Below are positions 51,304 to 64,000 of a stretch of 64,000 bases of DNA, piece by piece; position 1 is the first letter of the stretch, and each line of letters opens with the position of its first letter. The notes beneath the pieces are model-generated. The model was not told the origin of the DNA and did no database searches. It saw nothing but the letters and a program-made list of their open reading frames with translations. A program made the translations under genes and the position numbers. The stretch spans positions 56,123-120,122 of the forward strand of contig JBJCIZ010001674.1 of the NCBI GenBank assembly GCA_051294375.1. The letters run 5' to 3'. This DNA comes from Paraspadella gotoi (lineage: Eukaryota > Animalia > Chaetognatha).

Positions 51304-53293
51304 TTTTAACAAAAAAAAATTTATATTATATATATACATATTGTGGGCTCACCAATATTGAAGACGATGCCGTCAGCAGTGTACTATCCATTCTCCCTTT
51401 TTTTCGTTTTTTTTCCCGCTTTTCTTGTATGTATCACAAGGGCGCGAACCCGAGTCCATCAGATTGGGAGGAGTTCGCGCTACCTCGGGCGCCATAGGTA
51501 CTTACTTACTAAGTAAGAGTAAAAGGCTGTTGAGCTTTTCTCTCTCTAATAATATGTTGCTTCTCTCTCTTTTTCTCCGTCGCTGCTGCTTCTGATTCCA
51601 GTGGCTGTTAGGCTTCTCTCTATCTCTCTTTCAATTATATGTCGCTCTCTCTTTCTCTCTTTTTTTCTTTTGAATAGGGGAAGCCCCTCTCAATAGGGTG
51701 AATTAAAAATTTAGTATGGGAACATGCTCAAACGAAAATTTATGCATTTTTAAGTATACTTTCAATGTACAAAAAATTTCTTATATGGCTCTATACCCAA
51801 ATATTTATTTTTTAATATTTATTTATAGAAAGGAAAGGAGTTCGACCCTATTTAGATTCGTCTAAAAACGAGTTCAGCTCTGAAGCGGCTGTCCAGCGGC
51901 TGTCCAGCTTTCTCTCTCTCTCTGTGTGTCTCTCTCTCTGTGTCTCTCTCTCTGTCTCGCTCTCTGTGTCTCTCTCTCAGTCTCTCTCTCTGTCTCTCTC
52001 TGTCTCTCTCTGTACGATCTCTTGCGTAATCGTGCGTTTTTCGAAAAATTCTGATTATTTTTCTCCTTCTAAAAACTTTTATTATCGCCATTTATTCCAC
52101 GCTTTTTTCTCAATACAAAATCCCAAATTTACATCCTAGTTTTTCGTGGATTTATTTTACGGCTCTGAGATTTAGTCAGAATATGTTTTATGTTTGGAAA
52201 CAAAGTTCGTACACACTCTCTCTCTCTCTCTCTCTCACTCATACACGCGTTTGTTTTATTTACGATGAATGACTCATCGCGTCAATGAATGACTATCATC
52301 GCATCAGTGAATGACTAACATCGCATCAATCATTTGGTTATCTTCGCATCAATTATTGGTTATCATCGCATCAATTATTGGTTATCATCCCATCAATATT
52401 TGGTTATCATTGCATCAATAAATTACTATTACATCAACCATTTACTATTACATAAATCAATCAATTACTATTACATCAATCAATCAATTACTATTATATC
52501 AATCAATCAATCACTATGGTTATCATTACATCAATGAATTATAACATCATATCAGTGTATAACTATCATCGTAACATAGTCAAGGTAAAACTCATGTCAT
52601 AAACTCTCTCGCCACTTCTCTTAAGTAGTCAATAATAATCTTCTCTCAAAAATAAAAAACAATTTCTATCTTTTTTTTGCCGGTTTATGGTTTAACAAAC
52701 AATGTTTCTAGTTATCAAGTTCCATTAGTGAGGCAGTGAAATGTGTATTTATTTTCTTTGTTTCATATCGATTCAAGTATTATTTGTTTGAATTTTCACT
52801 TCATTGTGATTTACTGCAATATGCAAATTAGATTAAAGTACTTTTTCATTAATTTTATTTGATAGTAAGGTCTGTCGCGATCCTTATACTTTTAAGATTT
52901 TTTTCAAGGCTTTTCCCCGTGAACGAACAAGAGCTTGATGTCCGGTTTGGCCTTCGCCTCTCCATCAACCACGTCTCCAGAATTTCTCCTTCGTCTCCAT
53001 CGCCTTCGATGCCATCGCAGATGGAATCGGAACCAAGAATGGAATCGGATCCGCGACTCGGATGAAATCTACCGAGGACGAGTCATCGTCGGAATCGAAC
53101 CAATGAGAAGACGGGCTTCATGCCATCGAGAAAACGAACCCGTGTCGATGATCCGATTGTAGAGTATAAATACTTGACCATTTTGTATGGAATCCATTTG
53201 TTTCAAATTCTGGACACCGTCTTTGCTTGTAACTTTCTGAGAATAAAATCCACTTTGGTTTCATGTTGAAATCTCTGTCTACTTACTTAAATG

Positions 53294-53328
53294 TGGTGGC
53301 AGTGGTGGGATTCGAACCCACGCCTCCA
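53294..53328 (-). pseudogene. 3' fragment of tRNA-Leu including CCA
   Basis: Minus: TGGAGGCGTGGGTTCGAATCCCACCACTGCCACCA, i.e. T-arm, acceptor 3' strand and CCA as in eukaryotic tRNA-Leu(AAG/TAG). Confidence 0.7.
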
Positions 53329-53542
53329 TGGGCACAGTTACATTTGTGGATGGCACGAAACGGAGTTCAGATGGAATAATAAACAGATTAATAAAGACAT
53401 TATGTAATCATAATAAATTAGCAACAAGCTTGTTTGTGTTAAATAATTCCTCTTGAAATACTTTGTAAAGCCAATAGAGAGAATCAGATCAAACAGCTGA
53501 CTTTGTTAATTAGTTTGTTCTTTTGTTTTTGACAAAAGACCA

Positions 53543-53571
53543 GTAATAATAATAATGATAATAATAATAAC

Positions 53572-53662
<91 letters not shown>
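53543..53662. repeat. (AAT)n microsatellite
   Basis: Seen directly. Confidence 0.95.
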
Positions 53663-53663
<1 letters not shown>

Positions 53664-54319
53664 TCCTTAGTTAGTTTCCTCTTATATGTCATAGTGGTGA
53701 CTCTGGACGGACCTTGTTTCGTGTCCAGAGATTCCCGAGTTCAAACCCACCCATTAACTAAAACTTGTATGCACGTATTCGCAGAACCTCGCCAACACTC
53801 TTGTGACTTCGCCAGTGCCGCATCCCAGATCGGCAGCGATTTGACGGACGAGTTCAGCTCGCGTTTGGGTTGAAGTGACTTTTTCTGACAGTTCCATATA
53901 CTTAATATTATGTTTATGACAAAGCTTAATCTAAATTTAGATCGAGACGCGTACAGGTCTATCGATTTCGAAGAGATTCAAAAATTGTAAAACAAACCCG
54001 GGTCACCTGTTTTTCGTCGTGAAGAGAGAGTTAATAAAACGGGTCAAATACATAGAGATAGAGAGAGAGAAAACAAAAGATTTCAGCTTGTTGTACGTTT
54101 ATTCGTCGGACTGGGTTATCTTATCAAAAAGTCCTTAACTTAAAAATGAAGATTGTAGACGAAAATATTTTAAACGAAAAAAAAGAAACATACAAAAATT
54201 ACTCAAACAATGACAATAACTACAACTTTCGTTTTCCATTGACAAATGACAAATTACAAATGACAATATAGTAGTCAAAGAAACTGTTTGTCATCAACTG
54301 TTTGCGAGAAGGTCGGCTG

Positions 54320-56228
54320 ACAACGAACACGACGACGACGACGGAGACGACGACGACGGAGACGACGACGGAGACGATGACGATGACGACGACGGAGACG
54401 ACGACGACGAAACACGACTCGACGAGACTGGAGTACAGACGGACGCAACCGTAAGATCGGAGACCGACGATGCAACGACGGACCGATGACGCACGTAATG
54501 AATGGCGAGCACGATTGACGACGACGAAGACGGAGACGACGACGGAGACGACGACGACGATGGAGAAAGAGACAACGACGAAGACGGAGACGACGACAAC
54601 GACGACGACGGATACGACGACGAAAACGACGACGAGGATGGAGACGACAACGAAGACGGAGACGACAATGACGATGGAGATGACGACGAAGACGGAGATG
54701 ATGAAGACGGAGACGACGAGGACGGAGACGACGACGAGGACGGAGACGACGAAGACGACGGATACGACGACGAAGACGACGGAGATGACGACGACGACGA
54801 AGAGGGAGACGACGATGACGACGACGACGAAGACGGAGACGACGGAGACGACGACGAAGANNNNNNNNNNNNNNNNNNNNNNNNNNNNNNNNNNNNNNNN
54901 NNNNNNNNNNNNNNNNNNNNNNNNNNNNNNNNNNNNNNNNNNNNNNNNNNNNNNNNNNNNNNNNNNNNNNNNNNNNNNNNNNNNNNNNNNNNNNNNNNNN
55001 NNNNNNNNNNNNNNNNNNNNNNNNNNNNNNNNNNNNNNNNNNNNNNNNNNNNNNNNNNNNNNNNNNNNNNNNNNNNNNNNNNNNNNNNNNNNNNNNNNNN
55101 NNGACGACGACAAAGATGGAGATGACGAGGACGGAGACGACGACGAAGACGGTGACGACAGAAACGACGACCACGGATATGACGATGAAGACAGAGACGA
55201 CGACGACGAGACGGAGACAACGACGACCACGGATACGACGACGAAGACAGAAACGAAGACAAGAGACGGAGATGACGATGACGACGATGAAGACGATGAC
55301 GACGACGGAGACAACGAGGACGACGAGGACGACGCAGATGACGAAGANNNNNNNNNNATACAACGACGAAGACAGAAACGACAACGACGGAGATGACGAC
55401 GACGACGACGATGAAGATGATGACAACGATGGAGACAACGAGGACGACGAGGACGATGGAGATGACGAAGACGGAGACGACGACAAAGACGGATACGACG
55501 ACGAAGACGGAGACGACGACGATGACGGATACAACGAGGAAGACGAAGACGATGATGGAGACGATGACATAGACAACGACGAAGATGGAGACGACGATGA
55601 CGACGGAGACGACGACGAAGACGGAGACGACGAGGACGGAGACGACGAGGACGGAGACGACGAGGACGGAGACGGAGACGACAACGAAGACGGAGATGAC
55701 GACGATGACGGAGACAATGACGACGGAGACGATGACGACGGAGACGATGACGACGGAGATGGAGACGACGATGACGAAGACGGAAACGACGACGATGAAG
55801 ATGGAGACGATGACGATGAAGACGACAACGACAAAGACGGAGACGACGACGACAAAGACGGAGACGATGATGACGACGACGACGGATACGACGATGAAGA
55901 CGGAGATGATGATGAAGACGGAGATGACGACGACGACAAAGACGGAGACGACGNNNNNNNNNNNNNNNNNNNNNNNNNNNNNNNNNNNNNNNNNNNNNNN
56001 NNNNNNNNNNNNNNNNNNNNNNNNNNNNNNNNNNNNNNNNNNNNNNNNNNNNNNNNNNNNNNNCAGCGACGACGACGGAGACGACGACGAAGACGGAGAG
56101 GACGACGAAGACGGAGACGACGACGGAGACGACGAAGATGGAGACGACGACGACGACGAAGATGGAGACGACGACGAAGATGGAGACGACGACGACGATG
56201 GAGACGACGACGACGACGGAGACGACGC
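54320..56228. repeat. Expanded degenerate (GAC)n / GACGGA triplet satellite with N-gaps
   Basis: Runs of GAC with GGA, GAA, GAT, AAC variants; open in several frames. Confidence 0.9.
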
Positions 56229-56315
56229 GAGAGATAAAATCGTCGAGATCGACGTCGATTTAAAAAAAGTTTGTCTCGGGAATCGAAGTCTGAGAATCCG
56301 AAGGTCAAAGGTTAC

Positions 56316-56378
<63 letters not shown>

Positions 56379-56733
56379 GGAAAGAAGTTTAGAGGGGAAG
56401 TTATCGTAAGTAAGAAGGCGAGCGAGAAGCGAATCACTGAAGCGGCTTTTGTGATGAATAATTTAGGTCAGTGCCCTTCGAAAAAAAGGGTGAATTATGC
56501 CTATGGCGATCAATTTTTCTCGCTCAGATGCCTAAAGAATCGCTGGAGATTTTGATTTCGTCCGATGGTTTTAATTATATATATCAAAATCACTGTGAGA
56601 TTGTATTTGTTAATCAAAATACCCGAGTCGATCGATCCAAAATTCGGAAAATGTACGTAACATCTGGTTGCTTAGTAACACGATGCGTCTGCTTCTTTCC
56701 TTCCCTTCATAATTTTCAAACAATTTTAAGTAC

Positions 56734-58622
56734 TGTTATGTTATGTTATGTGTTAGTGACAGAACCGTTCATTATAAGCAGTCCCTGAGCTTCGGAGCAG
56801 GCTGTAACACAGTGTTACAGGCGGGTTAAGCGCCCCGTCCCTCTTAACTGCTAGGCGACCACCGGGCTAGAAACCCGGACCTTTGGGTTGGGAGGCGAAT
56901 GACTTGCCTCCGAGAACAATGGCCGCTGATGAACGGTTGGTGGATTTTAGTCCACTATACAAGTATACATCCCCCCCTCCCGTAGGGGAGATATGTCATC
57001 TCCCAAATCCTCCGCCCCGCGGGGTGGCTCTAGGGGCGGCCCCAGGGGCAGAATATTCTAGGGGAGCAGCAAAATGGTCATTGAAGGGGCGCCCCTAATA
57101 GACCCAAAATGTTTGCCCCCTCTTTCTCTTTGTCTCTCCCTTTTTCTTTCTCTCTCTCTTTCTTTCTTTTTCTCTATATCTTTCTCTCTCTCTCTCTTTC
57201 AAGACTTGTTTCATGTAACTGAAAAAAATATAATTTTTTTTTCAAATTATTGTTAACTCGTTTATTCCATATTTTATCTAAAAAATATAATATTAAATTA
57301 TATTTGTATTTTTTAACCCAATTATTTTATTTCAATTAAAAGATATAGAAACAAGTTTGAGCAAACAATGTATGACGTGGCCACAATAATTTAGTGGTAA
57401 GAAGCTAATCAGTCATCTGTCTTTTCTTTTTTCTTTCCTTCTTTTTTTTATTTTTTATTTTTTTACTCTTTTTTTCTTTTTTGTTTGATGGACATACTGA
57501 TAGACTGATAGAGAGAGACATAATTTTTTAAAAAAATATTCGAGAATTGACAAAGTTTTTGTTTGCAACGAATTTTATTTATTAGTCTTCAACGCTGGAA
57601 TGGAAAAAACAAAAGTCACATTCACTTGAATTTTATTAAAACTTTTTTTTCACTCTTTCTCTCTCTTTCTCTCTTTCTATTTCTCACAGATAAAATTAAT
57701 AATTAGCTAATTGTTAAGTTGATTTTGTTGACCTAATTATGCAAGTTTGACAAATTATCCAAGTTGTCCAAATTATACAAGTTGACCAAATTATGCAAGT
57801 TGACTAAATTATGACAGTTGACCAAATTATGACAGTTCACCAAATTATGAGTTGACCAAATTAAGCAAATTGACCAATTTATGCCTGTTGACCAACTTAT
57901 GCCAGTTGACAAAACTATGCAATTGACAAAATTATGTAAGTTGACCAAATTATGCAAGTTGATTTAATTTTGCAAGTTGATTAAATTATGAAAGTTTACC
58001 AAATTATGAAAGTTGACCAAATTATGAAAGTTTACCAAATTATAAAAGTTTACCAAATTACAAAAGTTTACCAAAATATGAAGGTTAACCAAATTATGCA
58101 AGTTGACTAAATTATAAAAAAAATTACCAAATTATGCCAGTTGACCACATTGTTAAATTTGACCATATGGGGGTGGCCCCAAGGGGAAAGGTTTTCCTAG
58201 CCCCTGGGGGATTCTCCCTGGAGTGGCTTCTTGGGGCCCCCCCAAAAAAAACTACAAAGAGCCGCCCCTAATTGATAAGCGGAGCTACTCGCGGGGCCAC
58301 CCCTAGCATCGCCCGTGGGGGAGAAGATTCTGAAGGATGACATACTTGGCGGAAAGTGCATCGCCAGGTTGAGGCATGTCACCTGAAAATGTTGTTGTTG
58401 CTGTTGTATTCGGAATTCGGGCTCACCAATGAAGAGACAGTGATAATTGTTATGTGTTAGTGACAGTACCGTTCAATGTGAGTAGTCCCTGACCTTCGGA
58501 TCAGGCTGTAACACTGTGTTACAGGCGGTTAAGCGCCCGTCCCTGTTAACTGCGAGGAGACCATCGGGCTAGAACCCCGGACCTTTGGGTTGGGAGTCGA
58601 ATGACTTGCCTCCGGCTCCAAT
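56734..58622 (-). mobile_element. TRIM-like miniature LTR element, family B (3' LTR 56734-56969; truncated 5' LTR 58430-58622) with nested insertions
   Basis: PPT GGGAGGGGGGGA before TGTATAC (56970-56981); LTR end CTCTTCA followed after 1 nt by PBS TGGTGAGCCC (58419-58428); LTR holds a tRNA-Gly(CCC)-like cloverleaf. Confidence 0.75.
57031..58270. mobile_element. Nested hAT-like non-autonomous element (TIR TAGGGGCGGC) containing a HINE end and an 18-bp array (57735-58165)
   Basis: Perfect 10-bp TIR TAGGGGCGGC / GCCGCCCCTA; no TSD found. Confidence 0.5.
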
Positions 58623-59594
58623 ATTTCGACTTTTGTTTGGCGTTTAATTCGTTTCTAATGGTTTGGTTTCGAGCCAAAAAACGAGAGACCCGCCACATGA
58701 CGATGATTTTTTGATGGAAACGCCAGCGGGTTGTTGTTGTTGTTTTGATGGCCGTAATGGTGAAATTATAGATATATTGTCAGCGAACGATACAAACGAT
58801 ATTCGAACGCAGAATGGTTTAGATAAAAAGAAAAGCGAAACTGCTCCGACTTCTCCAGTATAATAAACTATATAAAATAGCGCGATAGTAAATAGTTTAT
58901 GATGATGTACGAAGAACGAACGAGATGAGTTGGTAAGTGAGGAATCGTTCTGGCCCTGAAGGTCTGAAGGCCTGAAGGTCCTCGCCTCGCAGTTTATCGA
59001 CGACGATGACGAAGACGACGACAAAAACGACGACGGGGTTCATCCATTATTTCGAGATTTAAGACCGACCGACTTCTCGACCCCTCGACCCCTCGACCCC
59101 TCCACCCTCACCTGAATGAATGACTATCGTCAACATTAATCGTTCGTTTCTTGTTTTGACACAGTTGGCGTTATTTTTATAATTGACTTTTTTGACTTAT
59201 AATTGACATTTGTTAGCATGTCACTAGTCAAATGGTCACGTATCTCGTATACTTGGAACAGAAAAGGCGCTCGAATGAACAAAAAACAAGTTTGAGCAAA
59301 CAATGTCGGATCAGCCTACGATCATTATCGGTAATTAATTAATTAATAATTAATTTAATCAAGTTAATTATTTAGGCAATTAATTAATTAATTTGATCCG
59401 AAATCTTTGATTTGATTGATTTATTGACTTTTTTGACTTATAATTGGCATTTGTTAGCATGTCACTTGTCAAATGAACAAAAAACAAGTTTGAGCAAACA
59501 ATGTCGCATCTGACCACGACCATTATCGGTAATTTATTAATTAATTATTAATTAATTAATAATTAATTCAAGTTAATTAATTATATCCGAAATC

Positions 59595-59880
59595 TGTGGA
59601 TAAGGCGCTACGTGGGCTGAAGATGACTATCCATAACTTCTATAACCCCCTCTAGCAGCCATGGAACGGGTCCCTGGGCTTGGAACCAGGCTTGAGGGTT
59701 TGCCATGCCCCCAAGGCGGCTTACGGCCGTCCTCACGCTTCCCGCAGGGTAGGTACCGGGTTGGGATTGAACCCGGTACCTAGTGGTCATGAGCCGATGG
59801 CTTTACTCAATGAGCCAACGGGTCACAACTGAAAGTATCATGATTCTAGGCGGGGTGAACCTAGGCAATGCCCGACTACA
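59595..59880 (-). mobile_element. Solo LTR of family A with 4-bp TSD AATC
   Basis: TG...CA; AATC at 59591-59594 and 59881-59884; the empty site CCGAAATCTTTGATTTG is present in the neighbouring repeat unit at ~59398. Confidence 0.9.
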
Positions 59881-60747
59881 AATCTTTGATTTGATTGATT
59901 AATTAATTATTGATTAATTAATTGACTAATTGAATAATTAACTGATTAATTATTTGATTAACTAATACATCTTGCATTTACATTTAAAATAAAAATAAAA
60001 AGAAGCATAATCAATTCGTGAAACAGGTTTTTTTCCATTTAAACTCAATTCCACTCTAACGATTCCATCGAAATTTGATTTCCAGTTTAATCACACCCTT
60101 TTCTACCCAAATACAAAATTTCAAGGCAATCGCCCCATCCACTCATGAGTAGTTGGTGTTCAAATAGTGAAATATTTTTTTTGGTTTTTTCAATTTAAAC
60201 TCATTTTCACTCGGACGATTCCATCGAAACTTCATATACAGCTCAATCACACACTTCCCTACCCACATACAAAATTTCATTCTAATCCATCCATCCAATC
60301 ACGAGTAAATGGTGTTTTTTGCTAAGGTGGGACGGACATCGTTTTTTTAAAAATAATTTATCATAATTCGATGTTCTGACATGATATAAGTGAATGCCAG
60401 ACTAAGTGAATTATAGAGTCGGGATCAAAATTTCTTAGTTTCGTTTTGTTCACAAGTAGTTTCCCCCTTTTTTTAAAACTTTTTTTTCCCGGAAACCTCT
60501 CGAAATAATTCTTTTCCGTCACTTTTTTCTTTCCCCATTTTTAGAATTTCCCTGCTGCCGGATTATCTTTCCGGCCGAATCTCCCCCATTCAGCCGGATT
60601 TCCATTTTACCCAAAAAGGTCACCACGCCGATTCATTGATTGGAATGAAATGACGGTTTTTCCTCAACTTTCTCCTTTTTTCTCTTTCGATAAAACAGCA
60701 TTGACCTTTTTGGGGGAGAGGGGAGGTGAGGGCGCGACATTTTAAGT

Positions 60748-60790
<43 letters not shown>

Positions 60791-60944
60791 GTGGTCGAAC
60801 TTTAAACACAGTTTTCCTTTGCAGGTCGGTAACTTTTATTTGACGGAAAAAGAACAAGTTTGAGCAAACAATGTCGGATCTGCCGACAATAATTAAGCGG
60901 TAATCTGCTAATCAGATGATAAATCACAATATTTTTTTATATTT

Positions 60945-61290
60945 TTTTTAACTCGCATCATTTTTTCAACTCGCATCATTTTTTCAACTCGCATCATTTT
61001 TTCAACTCGCATCATTTTTTCAACTCGCATCATTTTTCAACTCGCTCATTTTTTTCAACTCGCATTCATTTTTTCAACTCGCATCATTTTTTCAACTCGC
61101 ATCATTTTTTCAACTCGCATCATTTTTTCAACTTGCATAATTTTTCAACTCGCATAATTTTTTCAACTCGCATAATTTTTTCAACTCGCATAATTTTTCA
61201 ACTCGCATAATTTTTTTCAACTCGCATAATTTTTCAACTTGCATAATTTTTTCAACTTGCATAATTTTTTTAAATTGTATCATTTTTTCA
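60945..61290. repeat. 18-bp tandem array (TTTTTTCAACTCGCATCA/AA) at a HINE family 1 end
   Basis: ~18 units seen directly; shorter runs at 8490-8525 and 47065-47150. Confidence 0.9.
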
Positions 61291-61534
61291 AATTAATTAA
61301 TTAATTAATTAAAACATTTATTAGTAATCATAAATAAAAAATCTTAAAAGCAATAGGGATCGAGCCTGATTCACGCACGAGTTACAGGTGTGGTTCTAGT
61401 TGGTTGGCGACTTCGCCATGGCGATATCGCCAGGGCATTGCGATGTCGCCAGTCCCCCACTGGCGTCCTCGCCAGTGATAAAAGTAGCGAATATAATGAA
61501 AAGCGCAGCTAACACGGGGATGAGCATCACCTAC

Positions 61535-62333
61535 AGGCTCCTCTCCCAAACCTCCCGTTCAACTCTGTGCCTCTCCCCCTAACCCTAACTGGGCCTCTCG
61601 ATGCATCAACCACGGCCCCTCCCCCAACCCTAACCCTAAACTAGCCTCCCGTTCAACTCCATGCCTCTTTCCCTAACCCTAACCCAGGCCCGGCCTCCCG
61701 TACATCTCTGTGCCTCAACCCTAACCCTAACCGCCTTCGATGCATCAACCATGGGTCCCTCCCCAACCCTAACCCTAAACCAAGCCTCCCGTTCAACTCC
61801 ATGCCTCTCCCCTAACCTAACCCAGGCCCGGCCTCCCGTACATCTCCGTACCTCAACCCTAACCCTAACCGCCTTTGATGCATCAACCATGGGTCCCAAC
61901 CCTAACCTAAACCAAGCCTCCCATTCAACTCCATGCCTCTCCCTAACCCTAACCCAGGCCCGGCCTCCCGTACATCTCCGTACCTCAACCCTAACCCTAA
62001 TCGCCTTTGATATATAAGCCACGGGCCTCTCTCCCAACCCTAACCCGGGCCCAGGCCTCCCGTACATCTCGTGCCTCAACCCTAATCCCTAATGTCCCTC
62101 GCCAGTAACCTTCCCTAAGCCTAACCCTAACGCGGGCCTCTTGGTCATCAACAACACCCTCCCTACCCCTATCCCTAAAATTGACATTAATAATAAGCCT
62201 AAAATAAACTTAACTTAACTCAACCCTAACCCTAACCCTAAACTACTCAACCCTAACCCTAAACTACTCAACCCTAACTACTACCAACTCAACCCTAACC
62301 CTAAACCAACTCAACCCTAACCCTAACCCTAAT
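61535..62333 (-). repeat. Interstitial telomere-like composite satellite (~120-bp unit with CCCTAA blocks)
   Basis: About 4 higher-order units, then degenerate (CCCTAA)n; same spacers as 16452-16850. Confidence 0.9.
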
Positions 62334-62929
62334 TAGCATCAGCCGTTTGTCTATAGGGGGGATAATAATCAGAGTTGCGAACAGAATCAAAATAGTCCTT
62401 AAACAATTTAATTTAACTTTTGATTGAACGAAAAGTGTTAAATTTCGTAATAGCAGGAGTAATTTTTTTTTTTAGAATTTAAAAAATTTAAAATTCCTAA
62501 ATTCCGAGATTTGGCTTCGAGAGACTGCTCTTTTGTTGACCAAAAGATGGCTCCTCTCACGGAAAACTAAGCGAAACCAGCAAACTTTCAATTTTTTCGG
62601 AAAATTAAATTAACGAAAAAATATTTAAATGGAGACAATAACCATTTAAATAAATGATTTTTGGATTTAAACTGTTTCAGAGAGCAGTTTTCACTTTAAT
62701 GGATGGAAAAATTGGAAAAAAAATTGCAACTTTTGTCATAATAATGTTTGTCATGTATTGACTTATATTCTTGTTTGTACATAATTTGAAAATTTTATAC
62801 TAAGAATAATCGTTTTGTGTTAAATATGCTCTGTCCGACATGGACAGATTTTCTTTTCTTTTTTATTAGGTAGTTTTAGCGTAGACGTTTACGTAGGAGC
62901 GGGTCGTTGGCCTTCGGGACGAAGATCAC

Positions 62930-64000
62930 GATGCCGTTGCCACCGGCCAAGATACGCGACCAAGGGCAACGTCTCTCAGACTCTCGGCGATGTCACTATT
63001 CCTTATCTTGAAACCCTGAACCCCCAACCCCCACAACGAAAACTTCCTTCCTCTTTATTCTCAGGTCAGCTTTACAAACATAGCTTTTTATTAAAACATT
63101 GGTTAAAAAAAATTATTTAAAAAATATTTTTTAATAATAATGGCGAATGGCAAAAAAAGTCACTTTTTCTCTTTAGCGGCAGGACCGAATTATTTTATTG
63201 GATTATAAGCAATAATATTTAATAATAATGCTTTCCAAAGTAAATGTTATAATGTCTTAAATTTTGAAACAAATTGGCTTGTAAAGCATTTATTTAATTT
63301 TATATTTACAGTTGCTAGGTCGTTATCTTCACCTCATGAGGGATGGCTGCGGGTCACGAACGAAGTCTGAGAAGAAGTGATCGCCCTTTGGGAGAAGGCC
63401 AACGTTCCTAGTATTAGTTTTCGTATAACAAAAGTAAAGGTTGAAAAACAGATATAGGTATTTCAAATTACGTAAGTTTAGAGACGAGGTGAAAGAAGCA
63501 TGGTATACCACTGAGTTGGGAAAATGGGTCAAAGATATGAATGAGGTTTTTGACATAAAAATGGCTGATTACCTGATTAAAAATCATGAAAAACTACTAT
63601 ATTCCGTACGGGAAAGAGGAGCAGGATTTTTATCAGGACCAGGTTACGAAGTCGTTCAACATGTCCATTCTCGGGGTTGATCGGAAATGGAAGAAGAATG
63701 ATGCGAAATTAGAGAAGCAGAAAAAGGTGAATAACAGTTATATAAAATTTTATTTTTAGAATTATTTTAATTTTTTTTTATTTAGTCAAGACGATCGCGA
63801 TCGCAAATGGGCCGAGGAAAAAGAAGATGTGATGTCACCTTATATGGTCGAGCCAGTCGCAGATTTCTCTCTTTCCGATAAGTATCAAAATGAGAATAAA
63901 GACCAGATAGTTGAACGTGTCGTTTTTACACGAAATAAAAAAATGCGTTTAGATGAGTGTGGGGAAATTGAAACCGAAAAGTCAAAAGATTTTGATCTAA
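62930..64000 (+). pseudogene. Decayed, intron-containing DNA transposase N-terminus (hATm-like), running off the window end
   Basis: Across frames/exons: KLPS..Q | LLGRYLHL..V..EVIALWEKANVP...Y..L.K...MNEVFDI...EQDFYQDQ....MSILGVD; in-frame stop and frameshifts; GT-AG introns ~63065-63311 and ~63727-63785. Confidence 0.55.

Noticed and set aside
54220-56409. Long ORFs (up to 677 aa) rich in S, R, T, D or V
   Set aside because: Products of a triplet repeat open in several frames and bridged by N-gaps; no start or splice evidence.
61535-62333. True telomere or chromosome fusion site
   Set aside because: Repeats are interrupted by conserved spacers, flanked by ordinary DNA, and not arranged head-to-head.

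Overview
AT-rich, repeat-dense eukaryotic DNA, most likely an invertebrate with TTAGGG-type telomeric repeats. The assembly is noisy: it has N-gaps, many indels and near-tandem duplicate copies at 18-21 kb and 23-38 kb. One complete host gene can be reconstructed by hand: a six-exon, 259-aa aerolysin/ETX-MTX2-like beta-pore-forming protein (37104-41270, +), with a partial duplicate at 32.2-32.7 kb. The rest is mostly mobile DNA: a Penelope-like element with an inverted pseudo-LTR and minimal hammerhead ribozymes, a fragmented Mag-like Gypsy element, a decayed intron-containing hAT(m)-like transposase, two Helentron/DINE-1-like (HINE) families, MITEs, interstitial telomeric satellites and microsatellites. 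Two things stand out. (1) Two different miniature LTR elements (TRIM-like) each carry a tRNA-like module inside their LTRs and share the same primer-binding site, a possible animal, tRNA-based analogue of plant Cassandra. (2) A young non-autonomous LTR element with non-canonical termini carries a divergent RanBP1-type Ran-binding-domain ORF instead of gag/pol. All protein family calls are by eye from motif recall; no database searches were run.
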